Positions 35,344-46,307 of a stretch of DNA of 64,000 nt are shown here, one piece after another; position 1 is the stretch's first letter; the number at the start of each line of letters is the position of its first letter. The position numbers and the translations under genes are program-made. The notes under the pieces were generated by a model. It was given only the letters and a program-made list of their open reading frames with translations. It ran no database searches and was not told the DNA's origin. Origin of the DNA: a phage; the sequence record PZ295659.1; one strand, given 5' to 3'.

Positions 35344-35511
35344 CTATAGTAAAAGTTGGGTTTCGTTCAATTGCTCTTCTGAACTTTCTGAAACCGGCAT
35401 TTGTTGGACATAATTATAACAAGGTCCAGGATGTGCTGGTCCTTTGTCTGTTTCAACAACCAATGCAGAATCGATTGGAGTTTTACAGACAACACAAATC
35501 TTATCTGACAT
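35344..35511 (-). CDS. small hypothetical protein (55 aa, CxxC...C)
   Basis: ATG with AGGAGG RBS; below 60-aa track cutoff; translation MSDKICVVCKTPIDSALVVETDKGPAHPGPCYNYVQQMPVSESSEEQLNETQLLL. Confidence 0.6.
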   Translation of the reverse strand: MSDKICVVCKTPIDSALVVETDKGPAHPGPCYNYVQQMPVSESSEEQLNETQLLL

Positions 35512-35543
35512 GATTGCCTCCTAAGTTGAAATTACATATCTAT

Positions 35544-35768
35544 TTATACCACTCGCATGCACATATCGATACCCATATCTTTTGTATAAAAATACTCGTC
35601 GATGTACCCAGCAAACTTCCCTTTAATATAAAGGACGTCTTCGCCACAAGGATGGTCTGCCAGAATACGAATATCCTGACGACGTAGACGATACTTTTCC
35701 ATTAAGAATTTAATTTCAGTTTCAAATTCTTCATCATTATTAAAGGCATCTTCAATCGAATAACGCAT
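35544..35768 (-). CDS. uvsY-adjacent small protein (74 aa)
   Basis: ORF coupled to uvsY stop. Confidence 0.65.
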   Translation of the reverse strand: MRYSIEDAFNNDEEFETEIKFLMEKYRLRRQDIRILADHPCGEDVLYIKGKFAGYIDEYFYTKDMGIDMCMRVV

Positions 35769-36181
35769 TATTGCCCCGCTTCAAATTCTCGCATATCCTG
35801 GATATGTTTAAGTGCAAAACTACGAGACTTAACTGCGTCAAGTGCACCACTACAGAACTCAAGTAAAATTCCCCAGTATTGTAAAGTAGTCTCTATTTTA
35901 AGCACATCTTTATCTGCAGCCAGGACAGTTTTCATTTCAGATTTCTCGTATCTGTCCATACTGAATTCATCACCGTCACCTCGTCCCGAGTAGTAGTCTA
36001 ATCTTGCTTTTAGAGCAGTTTTCTTCTGAGTCTCTATACGCAACATTTCTTTACGAATAAATGAGTGCTTACGTAGCCATTTGCTGTATAACTTAACATT
36101 ATTCGCCGTCTCATATTGCAACTTTGTCATATCAATAGCTAAGTCTGCGTCTAACTCTTCCTGTAAATCTTCCAGCTTCAT
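35768..36181 (-). CDS. uvsY: UvsY recombination mediator
   Basis: 137 aa from internal ATG 36181 (MKLEDLQEEL...), near-identical to T4 UvsY; track ORF extended 27 codons upstream. Confidence 0.95.
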   Translation of the reverse strand: MKLEDLQEELDADLAIDMTKLQYETANNVKLYSKWLRKHSFIRKEMLRIETQKKTALKARLDYYSGRGDGDEFSMDRYEKSEMKTVLAADKDVLKIETTLQYWGILLEFCSGALDAVKSRSFALKHIQDMREFEAGQ

Positions 36182-36236
36182 AATGTTCTCTCTTTTAACT
36201 AATAATCTCCCGGCTGTATCGGAAGGACCTAAAACC

Positions 36237-36261
36237 ATTATACATAGGTTGCCTTGAAGCA
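36237..36261 (-). promoter_or_regulatory. middle promoter for uvsY: MotA box TGCTTCA + 12 nt + TATAAT
   Basis: MotA-box consensus at about -30 with correct spacing to -10. Confidence 0.65.
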
Positions 36262-36660
36262 TTACACTCTATTGCTTGACGCTAACTGAAGTTTAATTTG
36301 TTCAATATCATCAGGGTTGTCTACGACAGAAAATCTAATCTCTACTATAACCGTATAGTCATCATATACTGGCGTTACGCTTACAGAAAGTTTGTCGATG
36401 CGTGGCTCATAGTTACGAACAGCTGCCTGGATATTACGTTCAATCGTATCGGCTGTAAGTGGTGTCATGTTCTCGAAAAGTTCGTCGACCAAATCGCATC
36501 CAAATTCAGGGTCGAAGGGGCGTGAGCCTTTTCTAGTTGTCACTATGCCAAGAAGACTATTTTTAATAGAACGAAGTCCTACAGAACGAGCAACATCCTT
36601 GTTCCAATCCATACGCATTTCTGGGTCGATATCTGAATAAAGTTTATTGATATTAGACAT
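36262..36660 (-). CDS. 25: baseplate wedge protein gp25
   Basis: 132 aa, same as T4. Confidence 0.93.
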   Translation of the reverse strand: MSNINKLYSDIDPEMRMDWNKDVARSVGLRSIKNSLLGIVTTRKGSRPFDPEFGCDLVDELFENMTPLTADTIERNIQAAVRNYEPRIDKLSVSVTPVYDDYTVIVEIRFSVVDNPDDIEQIKLQLASSNRV

Positions 36661-37286
36661 TATAGTAACTCAAAGAATTCTTTGAGGCCTCGTATTGTGT
36701 GAACGTGTGACGCCCCACATTTGGGACATTTAATAGGGGTTGCCAGATAAATTGATGGCGATACTAAAAGATTTTTAATATTGATCATGTCATCTTCTGT
36801 TATAAGGCCGTAAAGGTCGTTTATTTCTGCTTCAGTTAAATCTTCAACAGGGATGGACTCTCCATTGACAAAAACGGCCTCAATACATGAAGCAATCATT
36901 AATGCGATATTTTTATCGTCAAATAATTTAGGTTGACGGAACTTAATTTTAATACCACTGAACGAATACCAGGGATCGGCCTGTTCATCTAATTGAGTGT
37001 GCAATAAATTCATATAGACTTGAAATGAATGCCCACAGGAACAATTCCAGGTGTGTTCTTGATTCACTTCACCTAATGAATGTGCCCACAGATTTACCAA
37101 CAATAGCTCGGCTTCTTGTTTAGTCAAGTTTTTAGCATTAGAGCAATTAGTGATAATATTGTTCACTGCTGATTCAATAGTACCGGTAGCCCGCGCACCT
37201 ATGAGTCCTAAATATTCTTTTAAAGTAAAGGCTCTACAATTCACTTCTTTATCGCCTAAACGTACGGTAAACGTATATTTGTACAT
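36660..37286 (-). CDS. 26: baseplate hub protein gp26
   Basis: 208 aa; divergent from gene 51. Confidence 0.9.
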   Translation of the reverse strand: MYKYTFTVRLGDKEVNCRAFTLKEYLGLIGARATGTIESAVNNIITNCSNAKNLTKQEAELLLVNLWAHSLGEVNQEHTWNCSCGHSFQVYMNLLHTQLDEQADPWYSFSGIKIKFRQPKLFDDKNIALMIASCIEAVFVNGESIPVEDLTEAEINDLYGLITEDDMINIKNLLVSPSIYLATPIKCPKCGASHVHTIRGLKEFFELL

Positions 37287-37304
37287 GTTAACTCCTTTAT
37301 TGTG

Positions 37305-37316
37305 TATTTATAAATA
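37305..37316. promoter_or_regulatory. bidirectional overlapping late promoters (TATTTATAAATA) for divergent genes 26 and 51
   Basis: TATAAATA readable on both strands within a 12-bp near-palindrome in the 47-bp divergent intergenic region. Confidence 0.6.
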
Positions 37317-37333
37317 ATAGAAAAGGAGTAATT

Positions 37334-38086
37334 ATGGCTAATATAATTCGTTGTAAATTACCGGATGGTGTTCATCGTTTTAAGCCGTTCACTGTGGCGG
37401 ATTATAGAGACTTTTTACTAGTTAGAAATGATATCGAACATCGTTCGCCGCAAGAACAAAAAGAAATAATTGCCGATCTGATTGATGATTATTTTGGCGA
37501 GTACCCTAAAACATGGCAACCATTTATATTCCTGCAAGTTTTTGCAGGCTCTATAGGCAAAACAAAAGTTCCTGTTATTTTCACTTGCCCTAAATGCTCT
37601 AAAGAAAAAACTGCACCATTTGAGATATATCAAAAAGAACTAGTCGAACCTGAACTTGATGTTGCTGGTATAAAAATACGTTTTTCTTTCCCTGAAAAGT
37701 TTTATGACAATAAAGCATTAATGATAAGTGAAAACATAAAAGAAATATATTATAATGATGAATGGTACCCATGGAATGATTTGACTGAAGAGAACCAAAT
37801 CCAAGTAATAGAAGCAATAGACATTGACTCACTCGAAAAGGTTATTGCTTCTATGAACCCTATTAATTTGACCCTTAGATTAGGTTGTTGTGAACGTCAT
37901 GTTAAAACATATACTGATATCTTAGAGGTTTTTAAATTGTTAGTTAACCCTGATGAGATTTTTACATTCTATCAGATAAACCATTCACTAGTAAAGAGTC
38001 AATACACATTGGATTCTATTATGCAAATGATTCCTGTTGAACGTGGTATTGCTTTAACATTAGTAGAAAAGGACCATAAAAAATGA
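37334..38086 (+). CDS. 51: baseplate hub assembly catalyst gp51
   Basis: 250 aa; gene order. Confidence 0.9.
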   Translation: MANIIRCKLPDGVHRFKPFTVADYRDFLLVRNDIEHRSPQEQKEIIADLIDDYFGEYPKTWQPFIFLQVFAGSIGKTKVPVIFTCPKCSKEKTAPFEIYQKELVEPELDVAGIKIRFSFPEKFYDNKALMISENIKEIYYNDEWYPWNDLTEENQIQVIEAIDIDSLEKVIASMNPINLTLRLGCCERHVKTYTDILEVFKLLVNPDEIFTFYQINHSLVKSQYTLDSIMQMIPVERGIALTLVEKDHKK

Positions 38087-39255
38087 CAGTATTCCAACGT
38101 CCAGGATATCCTAACTTAAGCGTTAAATTATATCAAGATTATTCGGCTTGGCAAGAAAATAGATATGTTGAACTCGCAGCAACAATAACAACTTTAACCA
38201 TGCGAGATTCGCTATATGGAAGAAATGAAGGGATTCTTCAATTTTATGACACTAAAAACATCCACACTAAAATGGATGGTAGACAGATAGTCCAAATCTC
38301 TGTTTCAAATTCAAACACACCTCTCCAAGTTAGAACTCGAATTTATGGATGCAGACATTATTCTGTGTCTGTGGACTCAAAAGGTGACAATATTATTGCA
38401 ATTGAGCTTGGAACAATACATTCTATAGAGAACCTTAAATTTGGGCGACCATTCTTCTCAGACGCAGGAGAATCTATACGTGAAATGTTAGGTGTCATAT
38501 ATAAAGACCGTACGTTAATTACTCCGCCAATAAACACTATTAATGCTTATGTTCCTGATATTCCTTGGACAAGCACATTTGATGATTATTTGGCATATGT
38601 CAGAGAATTAGGACTTGCTACAGCGAGTGATAAGTTCGTATTCGTATGGCAAGATATTTTAGGCGTAAACATGATTGACTATGATACTCTTATTGGTCAG
38701 GAAGGCATTAAGATGATTGTAGGCGAGCCAAATACTGTAGGTCAGTATATTCAAGAGCTTGAGTATCCATTAGTATGGGATTTCACCTGGATGACTAAAG
38801 CTAACCAATTTACAAGAGACCCTATTAAAAACGCCACGATATTCGCTCATTCATTTTTAGATACATCTATTCCGGTTATTGTTACAGGTGATGGTGATAA
38901 TGCTATTCTTGTATCAAGATCAGGTGGATATTCTGAAATGACCTATCGTAATGGATTTGAAGAAGCAAGTCGTCTTCAGACAATGGCTCAATATGACGGA
39001 TATGCTAAATGCACTACTACAGGTAATTTTAACATAACACCTGCTACTAAAATTATATTTGTTGACCAAAAGAACCAATTCAAATCTGAATTTTACGTGG
39101 ATGAAGTTATTCATGAGTTATCAAATAACAACTCACAAACTCATCTGTACATGTTTACCAACTCAATGGTGTTAGAACCTGTTAACCCAGTTAAGGTTAA
39201 AAATGAACTTAAATCTGATTCTACCTCTAAAGAAAATAATTCTACCACAGTCTAA
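38083..39255 (+). CDS. 27: baseplate hub protein gp27
   Basis: 390 aa. Confidence 0.92.
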   Translation: MTVFQRPGYPNLSVKLYQDYSAWQENRYVELAATITTLTMRDSLYGRNEGILQFYDTKNIHTKMDGRQIVQISVSNSNTPLQVRTRIYGCRHYSVSVDSKGDNIIAIELGTIHSIENLKFGRPFFSDAGESIREMLGVIYKDRTLITPPINTINAYVPDIPWTSTFDDYLAYVRELGLATASDKFVFVWQDILGVNMIDYDTLIGQEGIKMIVGEPNTVGQYIQELEYPLVWDFTWMTKANQFTRDPIKNATIFAHSFLDTSIPVIVTGDGDNAILVSRSGGYSEMTYRNGFEEASRLQTMAQYDGYAKCTTTGNFNITPATKIIFVDQKNQFKSEFYVDEVIHELSNNNSQTHLYMFTNSMVLEPVNPVKVKNELKSDSTSKENNSTTV

Positions 39256-39736
39256 TAAAAAGGTGATGATTCCCAAATTAGGGCTCAAACATTATAATCT
39301 TTTAAAGGACGTTAAAGGTCCTGACGAAAACATGAAAATCTTAGCTGATTCTATTTGTAAAAATATGAGTCCAGCAGATTTTGATTTTGCGTGTCTACAC
39401 ATATTGGAATTTAATAACAAACTTAAGTCTGAAGTTGAAAAAGATGGATTCACTTATAAACTAGATGACGTCTATGTATGCCAACGAACAGAATTCCAAT
39501 TTCAAGGTAATACTTTTTATTTTAGACCCCCAGGCAAATTTGAACAGTTCGCTACAATCAGTGAAATGCTATCAAATTGCTTAATAAAAGTTAATGACGA
39601 AGAGAAAGAAATTTCTTTCCTTGAGATGCCTGCTTTTGTAATCAAATGGGCAGAAGACCTTTCGACAACTATTGCTATTCCAGGCCCTAATGGTCCTATT
39701 AAGGGTATAGCAGAAATTATTGGATTGCTTGAATGA
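39203..39736 (+). CDS. 28: baseplate hub distal protein gp28
   Basis: 177 aa, same as T4. Confidence 0.88.
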   Translation: MNLNLILPLKKIILPQSNKKVMIPKLGLKHYNLLKDVKGPDENMKILADSICKNMSPADFDFACLHILEFNNKLKSEVEKDGFTYKLDDVYVCQRTEFQFQGNTFYFRPPGKFEQFATISEMLSNCLIKVNDEEKEISFLEMPAFVIKWAEDLSTTIAIPGPNGPIKGIAEIIGLLE

Positions 39737-41508
39737 AACCTGAAGAAATGAAATCCATGCGTAGAAATAAGGTCATTGCCGATAATAAACCACAAAAAGT
39801 AGCTGCAACAGCAGCTACTGATTCATTAGAAGCATTGAATGACATTTCATCAAAACTAGACGATGTCCAAGCCGCGTCTGAACTCACATCACAAAGTGTA
39901 GAAGATAAAGGCAATGGAATTATTGAATCAATTGGAGACTTAAAGAATTCGACAGATAATACTGCTGAAGGCACAGAGCTTATCGCAGAAGTTATTGAAA
40001 AACAAACTGAAGTCACTAAAAGTATAAACGAAGTTTCTAGTGCAATAAGCTCTAAGTTAGACCGATTAGCTACATTATTAGAGCAAAAATTACAAACATC
40101 TACCGCTATTCAAAATACAGGAGGCACCTCTCTTGAAGTAATTGAGAACGCAATACCTGTTAAAGTGGTTGATAACGAAACTTATGATGAGTTGTTTAAA
40201 GCATTACCTACACCTGAAAAGATTGATAATAAGCCAGACGAAGATTTCTTCCCAGCCCCGGTTCAAGAAAGTGCTAATTCTACTTCTTCTGATTCTAAAG
40301 GCGGAATTAGCTTTAAATTGAGCGATAAAATTGCAATGCTCACCAAAACAGTTCAAGCCGGGTTTAATAAATCAATATCAATTTCAGACAGAATTGCTGG
40401 AATGCTTTTCAAATACACTATAACGGCTGCTATTGAAGCAGCAAAAATGGCCGCACTTATTCTTGGTATTGTTATCGGTATTGATTTATTGATAGTCCAT
40501 TTCAAATATTGGACAGACAAGTTCACTTCTGCCTGGGATTTATTTGATGAAAACTTTACTAAATTCTCCGATGAAGCTAAAGAGTGGGGTAAATTCTTAA
40601 GTGATATATTCACTTCTATTGACTCGATAAAACAATTGTGGGAAGCCGGAGACTGGGGTGGTTTAACCGTTGCTATTGTCAAAGGTGTAGGAACAGCATT
40701 AATGAACTTAGGTGAACTAATTCAATTAGGAATGGCTAAACTCTCCGCGTCTATATTGCGTGCTATAGGTTTTGGTGATACCGCAGACGAAATAGAAGGA
40801 CGTGCTTTGGAAGGATTCCAAGAAACTACCGGGAACAAATTAAAGAAAGAAGACCAAGAGAAAGTCGCTAAATATCAAATGAAGCGTGACGACGGGGAAT
40901 TAGGAACCGTTTCTAAAGGTCTTGATATGTTACAACGCGGCAAAACATTCGTTACTAACTGGGTTCGTGGTAATGACAATAAAGAAGAGTTTAGTACAAG
41001 CGATGAGCGTGCTGCGGAATCGGCAAAATTAAAAGAGTTACCTGAAGAGGAGCGTAAAGAGGCGTATATAAAAGCTAATGAAACTCGTGCGGCACTAGTT
41101 AGATTTGAGGATTATATCGATAAAATCGATATGTCTAATCCGGAAAATGCTAAAAACGTCGAGAAGTCTTATGCTGATTTAAGTAAACTTATTAAAGACC
41201 CTGAACTTAATAAAACTCCTGTTGTTAAAAAGGAATTGGATGCTAGATTTGAAAAGCTAAATAATAAAATGGCTGAAGCCAAAAAGGCTCAGACGACAGT
41301 TAAGCCTGAATCTTCGACTAAATCTCCGGAAGCAAAACAAGTTCAGTCAATAGAGAAAGGACGTGCTTCTGAATCTAAACAACAGCAACCGGTAGCGGCG
41401 ATTAGTAACACAAATAATGTCGTCAAAAAGAATACCGTAGTCCAGAATATGACCCCTGTAACAAGTACAACGGCTCCTGGAATTTTCCATGCCACCGGTG
41501 TTAATTAA
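39733..41508 (+). CDS. 29: tail tape-measure / hub protein gp29
   Basis: 591 aa; helical, internal hydrophobic segment. Confidence 0.92.
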   Translation: MKPEEMKSMRRNKVIADNKPQKVAATAATDSLEALNDISSKLDDVQAASELTSQSVEDKGNGIIESIGDLKNSTDNTAEGTELIAEVIEKQTEVTKSINEVSSAISSKLDRLATLLEQKLQTSTAIQNTGGTSLEVIENAIPVKVVDNETYDELFKALPTPEKIDNKPDEDFFPAPVQESANSTSSDSKGGISFKLSDKIAMLTKTVQAGFNKSISISDRIAGMLFKYTITAAIEAAKMAALILGIVIGIDLLIVHFKYWTDKFTSAWDLFDENFTKFSDEAKEWGKFLSDIFTSIDSIKQLWEAGDWGGLTVAIVKGVGTALMNLGELIQLGMAKLSASILRAIGFGDTADEIEGRALEGFQETTGNKLKKEDQEKVAKYQMKRDDGELGTVSKGLDMLQRGKTFVTNWVRGNDNKEEFSTSDERAAESAKLKELPEEERKEAYIKANETRAALVRFEDYIDKIDMSNPENAKNVEKSYADLSKLIKDPELNKTPVVKKELDARFEKLNNKMAEAKKAQTTVKPESSTKSPEAKQVQSIEKGRASESKQQQPVAAISNTNNVVKKNTVVQNMTPVTSTTAPGIFHATGVN

Positions 41509-41516
41509 GGATTATT

Positions 41517-42626
41517 ATGATTAGTGTAAAAGAAATAGTAGTAGATGCAAAGGATTTAAATAAAGCAATCCCAGTCTCAGAAAGTGCTGGGCAAAGCACT
41601 AAAACCGAAACAACTACTAAAACTTATGTTGCTCAATTTCCTACAGGAAGAGCAGCCGGAAATGACTCCACAGGAGACTTCCAGGTAACAGACCTTTATA
41701 AGAATGGATTATTATTTACCGCGTACAATATGTCTGCACGCGATTCAGGATCCCTCAGGAATTTACGTCCGGCATACGCCGGCACTTCATCTAACGGTAT
41801 CATATCAGATTTAACTGATAATGTGAAAGATGCAGTGACTAAATTCTCTAATGGGTTGCTTCCTGCCGGAGCTAATAAACCTACTATAAATAAAACTCCT
41901 GTTGCTAATATACTTTTGCCACGTTCCAAATCTGACGTTGATACAACTTCACATCGTTTTAATGATATTGGTGATAGCCTTATTACTAAAGGTGGAGGTA
42001 CTGCTACGGGCGTTTTAAGTAACATTGCTTCTACTGCAGTTTTTGGTGCATTAGATTCTATTACTCAAGGGCTTATGGCTGATAATAACGAACAGATTTA
42101 TACGACTTCTCGTAGTATGTATGGCGGTGCTGAGAACCGTACTAAAGTCTTTACATGGGATTTAACTCCGCGTTCAACTGAAGACCTTATGGCTATTATA
42201 AACATTTACCAGTATTTTAACTATTTCTCATATGGTGAGACCGGTAAATCACAATACGCCCAAGAGATTAAAAGTTATTTAGACGAATGGTACCGTTCAA
42301 CGTTTATTGAGCCTATGACGCCTGATGATGCAGTAAAAAATAAGACATTGTTTGAAAAGATTACTGCGTCATTAACAAATGTATTAGTTGTAAGCAACCC
42401 TACAATTTGGATGGTTAAAAACTTTGGTTATACGTCTAAATTTGATGGATTAACTGACGTATTTGGCCCATGTCAAATTCAAAGCGTACGTTTTGATAAA
42501 ACTCCAAATGGACAATTTAATGGTCTTTCTGTTGCTCCTAACTTACCGTCAACATTTACGTTAGAGATAACAATGCGAGAAATTATTACATTAAACCGTT
42601 CTTCACTTTATGCGGGGACTTTCTAA
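41517..42626 (+). CDS. 48: baseplate tail-tube cap gp48
   Basis: 369 aa. Confidence 0.9.
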   Translation: MISVKEIVVDAKDLNKAIPVSESAGQSTKTETTTKTYVAQFPTGRAAGNDSTGDFQVTDLYKNGLLFTAYNMSARDSGSLRNLRPAYAGTSSNGIISDLTDNVKDAVTKFSNGLLPAGANKPTINKTPVANILLPRSKSDVDTTSHRFNDIGDSLITKGGGTATGVLSNIASTAVFGALDSITQGLMADNNEQIYTTSRSMYGGAENRTKVFTWDLTPRSTEDLMAIINIYQYFNYFSYGETGKSQYAQEIKSYLDEWYRSTFIEPMTPDDAVKNKTLFEKITASLTNVLVVSNPTIWMVKNFGYTSKFDGLTDVFGPCQIQSVRFDKTPNGQFNGLSVAPNLPSTFTLEITMREIITLNRSSLYAGTF

Positions 42627-43588
42627 TGTACTCTTTAGAAGAATTTAATAACCAAGCTATAAATGCAGATTTCCAACGAAACAATATGTTTAGTTGTGTA
42701 TTTGCTACTACACCATCGACCAAATCGTCTTCACTAATTTCGTCAATTGGTAGTTTTGCTTATAATAACTTAGGGTTGGATTCCGATTGGCTAGGATTGA
42801 CTCAAGGTGATATCAATCAGGGCGTAACAACCCTGATTACAGCAGGAACACAGAAATTAATTCGAAAATCAGGTGTAAGTAAATATCTGATTGGAGCAAT
42901 GAGTCAACGTACGGTACAAAGCTTGTTAGGCGAGTTCACAGTAGGATCTTATCTGATAGACTTCTTCAATATGGCATATAATAATACAGGTTTAATGATT
43001 TATTCTGTAAAAATGCCTGAGAACCGATTATCTTATGAAACAGATTTCAACTATAACTCCCCGAACATCCGAATTACCGGCCGTGAAATGGACCCGTTAG
43101 TAATAAGCTTTAGAATGGATTCCGAAGCATCTAACTTTAGAGCAATGCAAGACTGGGTAAACTCGGTCCAAGACCCTGTAACAGGTCTTCGTGCTTTACC
43201 ACAAGACGTCGAAGCAGATATTCAGGTTAATTTACATGCACGAAATGGTTTACCACATACCGCTGTCATGTTCACTGGATGTATTCCTGTTAGTGTCTCT
43301 TCTCCTGAGTTAACGTATGATGGTGATAATCAGATAACAGTTTTTGATGTAACATTTGCTTATCGCGTTATGCAATCAGGTGCTGTAAATAGACAGGCCG
43401 CTTTAGAATGGCTGGAATCAGGACTTATTAGTAGTGTTTCAGGAATGTTTGGAAATAATCAGAATGATTCTGGCCTAGGAAGTGCAGTATCAAGACTTTC
43501 TAGATTAGGTGGGACTGCTGGAGGTGTGTCTAATATAAACACATTGACAGGTGTGGTGAATTCTACGTCAAGAGTTTTAGGACTATAA
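42626..43588 (+). CDS. 54: baseplate tail-tube initiator gp54
   Basis: 320 aa, same as T4. Confidence 0.9.
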   Translation: MYSLEEFNNQAINADFQRNNMFSCVFATTPSTKSSSLISSIGSFAYNNLGLDSDWLGLTQGDINQGVTTLITAGTQKLIRKSGVSKYLIGAMSQRTVQSLLGEFTVGSYLIDFFNMAYNNTGLMIYSVKMPENRLSYETDFNYNSPNIRITGREMDPLVISFRMDSEASNFRAMQDWVNSVQDPVTGLRALPQDVEADIQVNLHARNGLPHTAVMFTGCIPVSVSSPELTYDGDNQITVFDVTFAYRVMQSGAVNRQAALEWLESGLISSVSGMFGNNQNDSGLGSAVSRLSRLGGTAGGVSNINTLTGVVNSTSRVLGL

Positions 43589-43597
43589 GAAAAAAAA

Positions 43598-43614
43598 GGG
43601 AGACGTTGTCTCCC
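43598..43614. terminator. bidirectional terminator between gene 54 and convergent minus-strand ORF
   Basis: A8-GGGAGAC-GUU-GUCUCCC-TTT. Confidence 0.7.
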
Positions 43615-43623
43615 TTTAGGGGT

Positions 43624-43917
43624 TTATTTACGGAATGAAAGGAATGCTGGTGCTCGGAATGGAGTATCATCTTTAGAGTATTTAACTAATACGACCATTG
43701 GCACCTCTGTTTCTAAATGACCTGTCACTACACCGACAAAAATTTGATCAGTGTGCTCAGGGTCACGAAAGTTTTTAAGAGGTTCCATAGCAATATGGAA
43801 TGCACCTGGGAATACTCGATTCAATTCGTCAATCACAGCTTCGTTAAAAGCATCATCCGCTGGGATAACATCTTCAACTACTAGTTCTTGACCATTAAAG
43901 CGAAGCATAGATTTCAT
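43624..43917 (-). CDS. hypothetical protein downstream of alt (97 aa from ATG 43917)
   Basis: ORF with GAGGAAA RBS; track ORF extends to 43989. Confidence 0.55.
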   Translation of the reverse strand: MKSMLRFNGQELVVEDVIPADDAFNEAVIDELNRVFPGAFHIAMEPLKNFRDPEHTDQIFVGVVTGHLETEVPMVVLVKYSKDDTPFRAPAFLSFRK

Positions 43918-43975
43918 AACGTTTTCCTCATGTTGTTGATGGGATGATAGTATCACACATCCATGTGTTTGTAAA

Positions 43976-46063
43976 CTATCCTTGGACAAATTTAAACGGA
44001 ACTGATTCTAAATCCATTAAAGATGCTAACAATTTCAATCCTTTAGGAGCACTAGTTTTTTCTACAAATGAGGAGAACGATATCGGCTCATCTGATTCGA
44101 TTTCACCCGTCATAGCAACCACCTCACCTGTTTCCATGAGAACATCACCGTCGTAAATGACAGCTTCGTCCAACTGGTCTGAGGACATGACTTCAGCTTG
44201 AATAAATTTAAGGTTGGATTCTAAACCTGCACCAGTGTCAGATGACGCATCTGTAATTTTATTTATCTGCAAGAGAATGCCTCTAGGCAAAATAATTTCT
44301 TGCTCATTAGGGTGATTACTCAACTGTCCAGGATAAATCACGTTAACTTTATGGGCGCCATCAATAGCCCATCCAACGTTAACACGGATTTGGTCTGGTG
44401 CATGCATAGCTGTTCTTACTTGACTAGGAGAAATAGTAACACCTTCGTCATTATTGTCAATGTTAAGCTCTTTGCGAACTTCTTCAGGAGCAAGTCCAAG
44501 GGCAACGTTCTCTTTAAACCCACCGAAAATAATAGGAGCTAGTGAAGTGGAAACATAGTTTCTGAAGTAGAATACCTTATTTTTAACCATTGCTTCGTAA
44601 ATAGGCATTCTGATAGACTGAGCTCTATATAACGTTAGTCCTTCAGGTAAACGGTCTCCATTTAAAAACGCTGAATCAAGACCATCAATAGCGCGTTTAA
44701 CTTCATCTTCATCTGCAACATCGTAAAAATCTGGTTTATAACGACCTAACAGCATATTATTGATATCGGTATACGCAGAAGAGGCATATTCACGAATAGC
44801 TCGTTTTTCAGCAACAGAGTATTGATTAGGGACCCGATTCATTGTTATATTAAAGGTGCCTCTAGCCGATTCTCGTGCATAAGTATACATCACATTAGAC
44901 AAGAACGCTGATTTACGTTGTTTCCAAGTTTTTTCAGATACTTCAGCTAAAACGTCGTCAGCCAGTTGGAAATTATCACGTCTAAAATCTTCAAACCATT
45001 CGTCTTTAATAGAGTCGGCAATTTCATTTGCAGCTTCAACAAAAGCAGTTAATGCTTTAACAGATGTTGTTTTTTCAGTTTTAATTTTCTTAGCAAACTT
45101 TTCTAAAGTTGGCTTAATAACACTACCATAAGAAACTTCATCAGCAAATCTAAAGGATTCATCAATACGATTATAAATCTTATTTTCGATATCAGCAACT
45201 AAAGTGCCTTTTGCTGTGGACGATGCTTGGGCTAGTACGATTTCATATGCTTCAGGAAGTAATTCGGCTGTAGCTGGGCCACTAACTTCTTTAGCAGAAT
45301 TTTCGTATTTCTGGAATAACTCACCTTCTTGTCGGTCAGCTTCTAAAGATTGACTTGCTGCAATAGCACGACGAGAAATTTTAGTACGAGCAATAACAGG
45401 CTTATCTTTACGTTTTTCTTCTACAGCAGCAATAGAACCAGCGATAGCCGTTTCTTTGGTGACCTTTTCGCCAGTCTTTTTACTCACATAAACTTCGCCA
45501 ACATCAGAATCTACTTTCGTGTACAACTCTGTGTTAATGTTAGGGATGCCTTTAATATCTTCAATGTTGGCATTTTTACGAACCATCATCACATAGGTGT
45601 GTTTACCTGTGAATTGATACATTGCCGACAATACTTTAAAACGACCACCGGTTTTAGTAGAAACTAAACGAGCAAGAAGAGTTTGAAGCTGCTGTCCGCG
45701 TCCTTTCAATTTCTTGGTAGGGAATCGGAATAGAACTGCATCCATACGAAGAGCTTTAACCTGTTCATATACTGTATTGAAAATGGTGTTGATTGCATCA
45801 ATAGGAGCAGGACCAAGGCCATTTTTCAATTCAGCGAGATTGCCCTTTTCAGATAGACTCATAATAACAACATGAGCGTATTTGTCGCCAAGTTTAACTT
45901 GTTTTACAGCATCACCTTCGGAAAGGTAAGAGAATAAGCGAACTACGATGTTTGTATCGATATCACCAATTTTCCAGACTTGTGGAACTTTAGCTTTAGG
46001 GTTCAAATTGACGACAGGAAGACTGCCTTCAGATTCAAACACTTCATTTAATTGTTCAGACAT
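43976..46063 (-). CDS. alt: Alt mono-ADP-ribosyltransferase (virion-packaged)
   Basis: 695 aa; R-S-E ART signatures (LYRAQS, VSTSL, EQEIILP); conserved position between 54 and 30. Confidence 0.9.
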   Translation of the reverse strand: MSEQLNEVFESEGSLPVVNLNPKAKVPQVWKIGDIDTNIVVRLFSYLSEGDAVKQVKLGDKYAHVVIMSLSEKGNLAELKNGLGPAPIDAINTIFNTVYEQVKALRMDAVLFRFPTKKLKGRGQQLQTLLARLVSTKTGGRFKVLSAMYQFTGKHTYVMMVRKNANIEDIKGIPNINTELYTKVDSDVGEVYVSKKTGEKVTKETAIAGSIAAVEEKRKDKPVIARTKISRRAIAASQSLEADRQEGELFQKYENSAKEVSGPATAELLPEAYEIVLAQASSTAKGTLVADIENKIYNRIDESFRFADEVSYGSVIKPTLEKFAKKIKTEKTTSVKALTAFVEAANEIADSIKDEWFEDFRRDNFQLADDVLAEVSEKTWKQRKSAFLSNVMYTYARESARGTFNITMNRVPNQYSVAEKRAIREYASSAYTDINNMLLGRYKPDFYDVADEDEVKRAIDGLDSAFLNGDRLPEGLTLYRAQSIRMPIYEAMVKNKVFYFRNYVSTSLAPIIFGGFKENVALGLAPEEVRKELNIDNNDEGVTISPSQVRTAMHAPDQIRVNVGWAIDGAHKVNVIYPGQLSNHPNEQEIILPRGILLQINKITDASSDTGAGLESNLKFIQAEVMSSDQLDEAVIYDGDVLMETGEVVAMTGEIESDEPISFSSFVEKTSAPKGLKLLASLMDLESVPFKFVQG

Positions 46064-46103
46064 AGTGTTTTCCTTTTAGTAATAATTTATATTTATGCCA
46101 AAA

Positions 46104-46119
46104 AGAGCCCGAAGGCTCT
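46104..46119 (-). terminator. UUCG hairpin upstream of alt
   Basis: AGAGCC-UUCG-GGCUCU on minus transcript. Confidence 0.5.
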
Positions 46120-46307
46120 TAATCCACAATCGGGAGCAAAGTACGATAAACTTCAAAATTAGGGCCTTTTTCGTACCCATTAACGTTATCTACGAAAACC
46201 CGATACGAATTTTCATTAGGAAAATCTAATATAATCTGAGAGCAAGAGGTGGAAACATCTCCACCATCCTTCTTAGCTACAATAACTGTTTCTAAATAAG
46301 CTTTCAT
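46119..46307 (-). CDS. hypothetical protein (62 aa) translationally coupled to DNA ligase
   Basis: ATG overlaps ligase stop (TAATG); ends at hairpin. Confidence 0.5.
   Translation of the reverse strand: MKAYLETVIVAKKDGGDVSTSCSQIILDFPNENSYRVFVDNVNGYEKGPNFEVYRTLLPIVD

Noticed and set aside
36182-36262. 27-codon N-terminal extension of the uvsY ORF
   Set aside because: The T4 UvsY N-terminus aligns with the internal MKLEDLQ start; the extension would cover the uvsY middle promoter.
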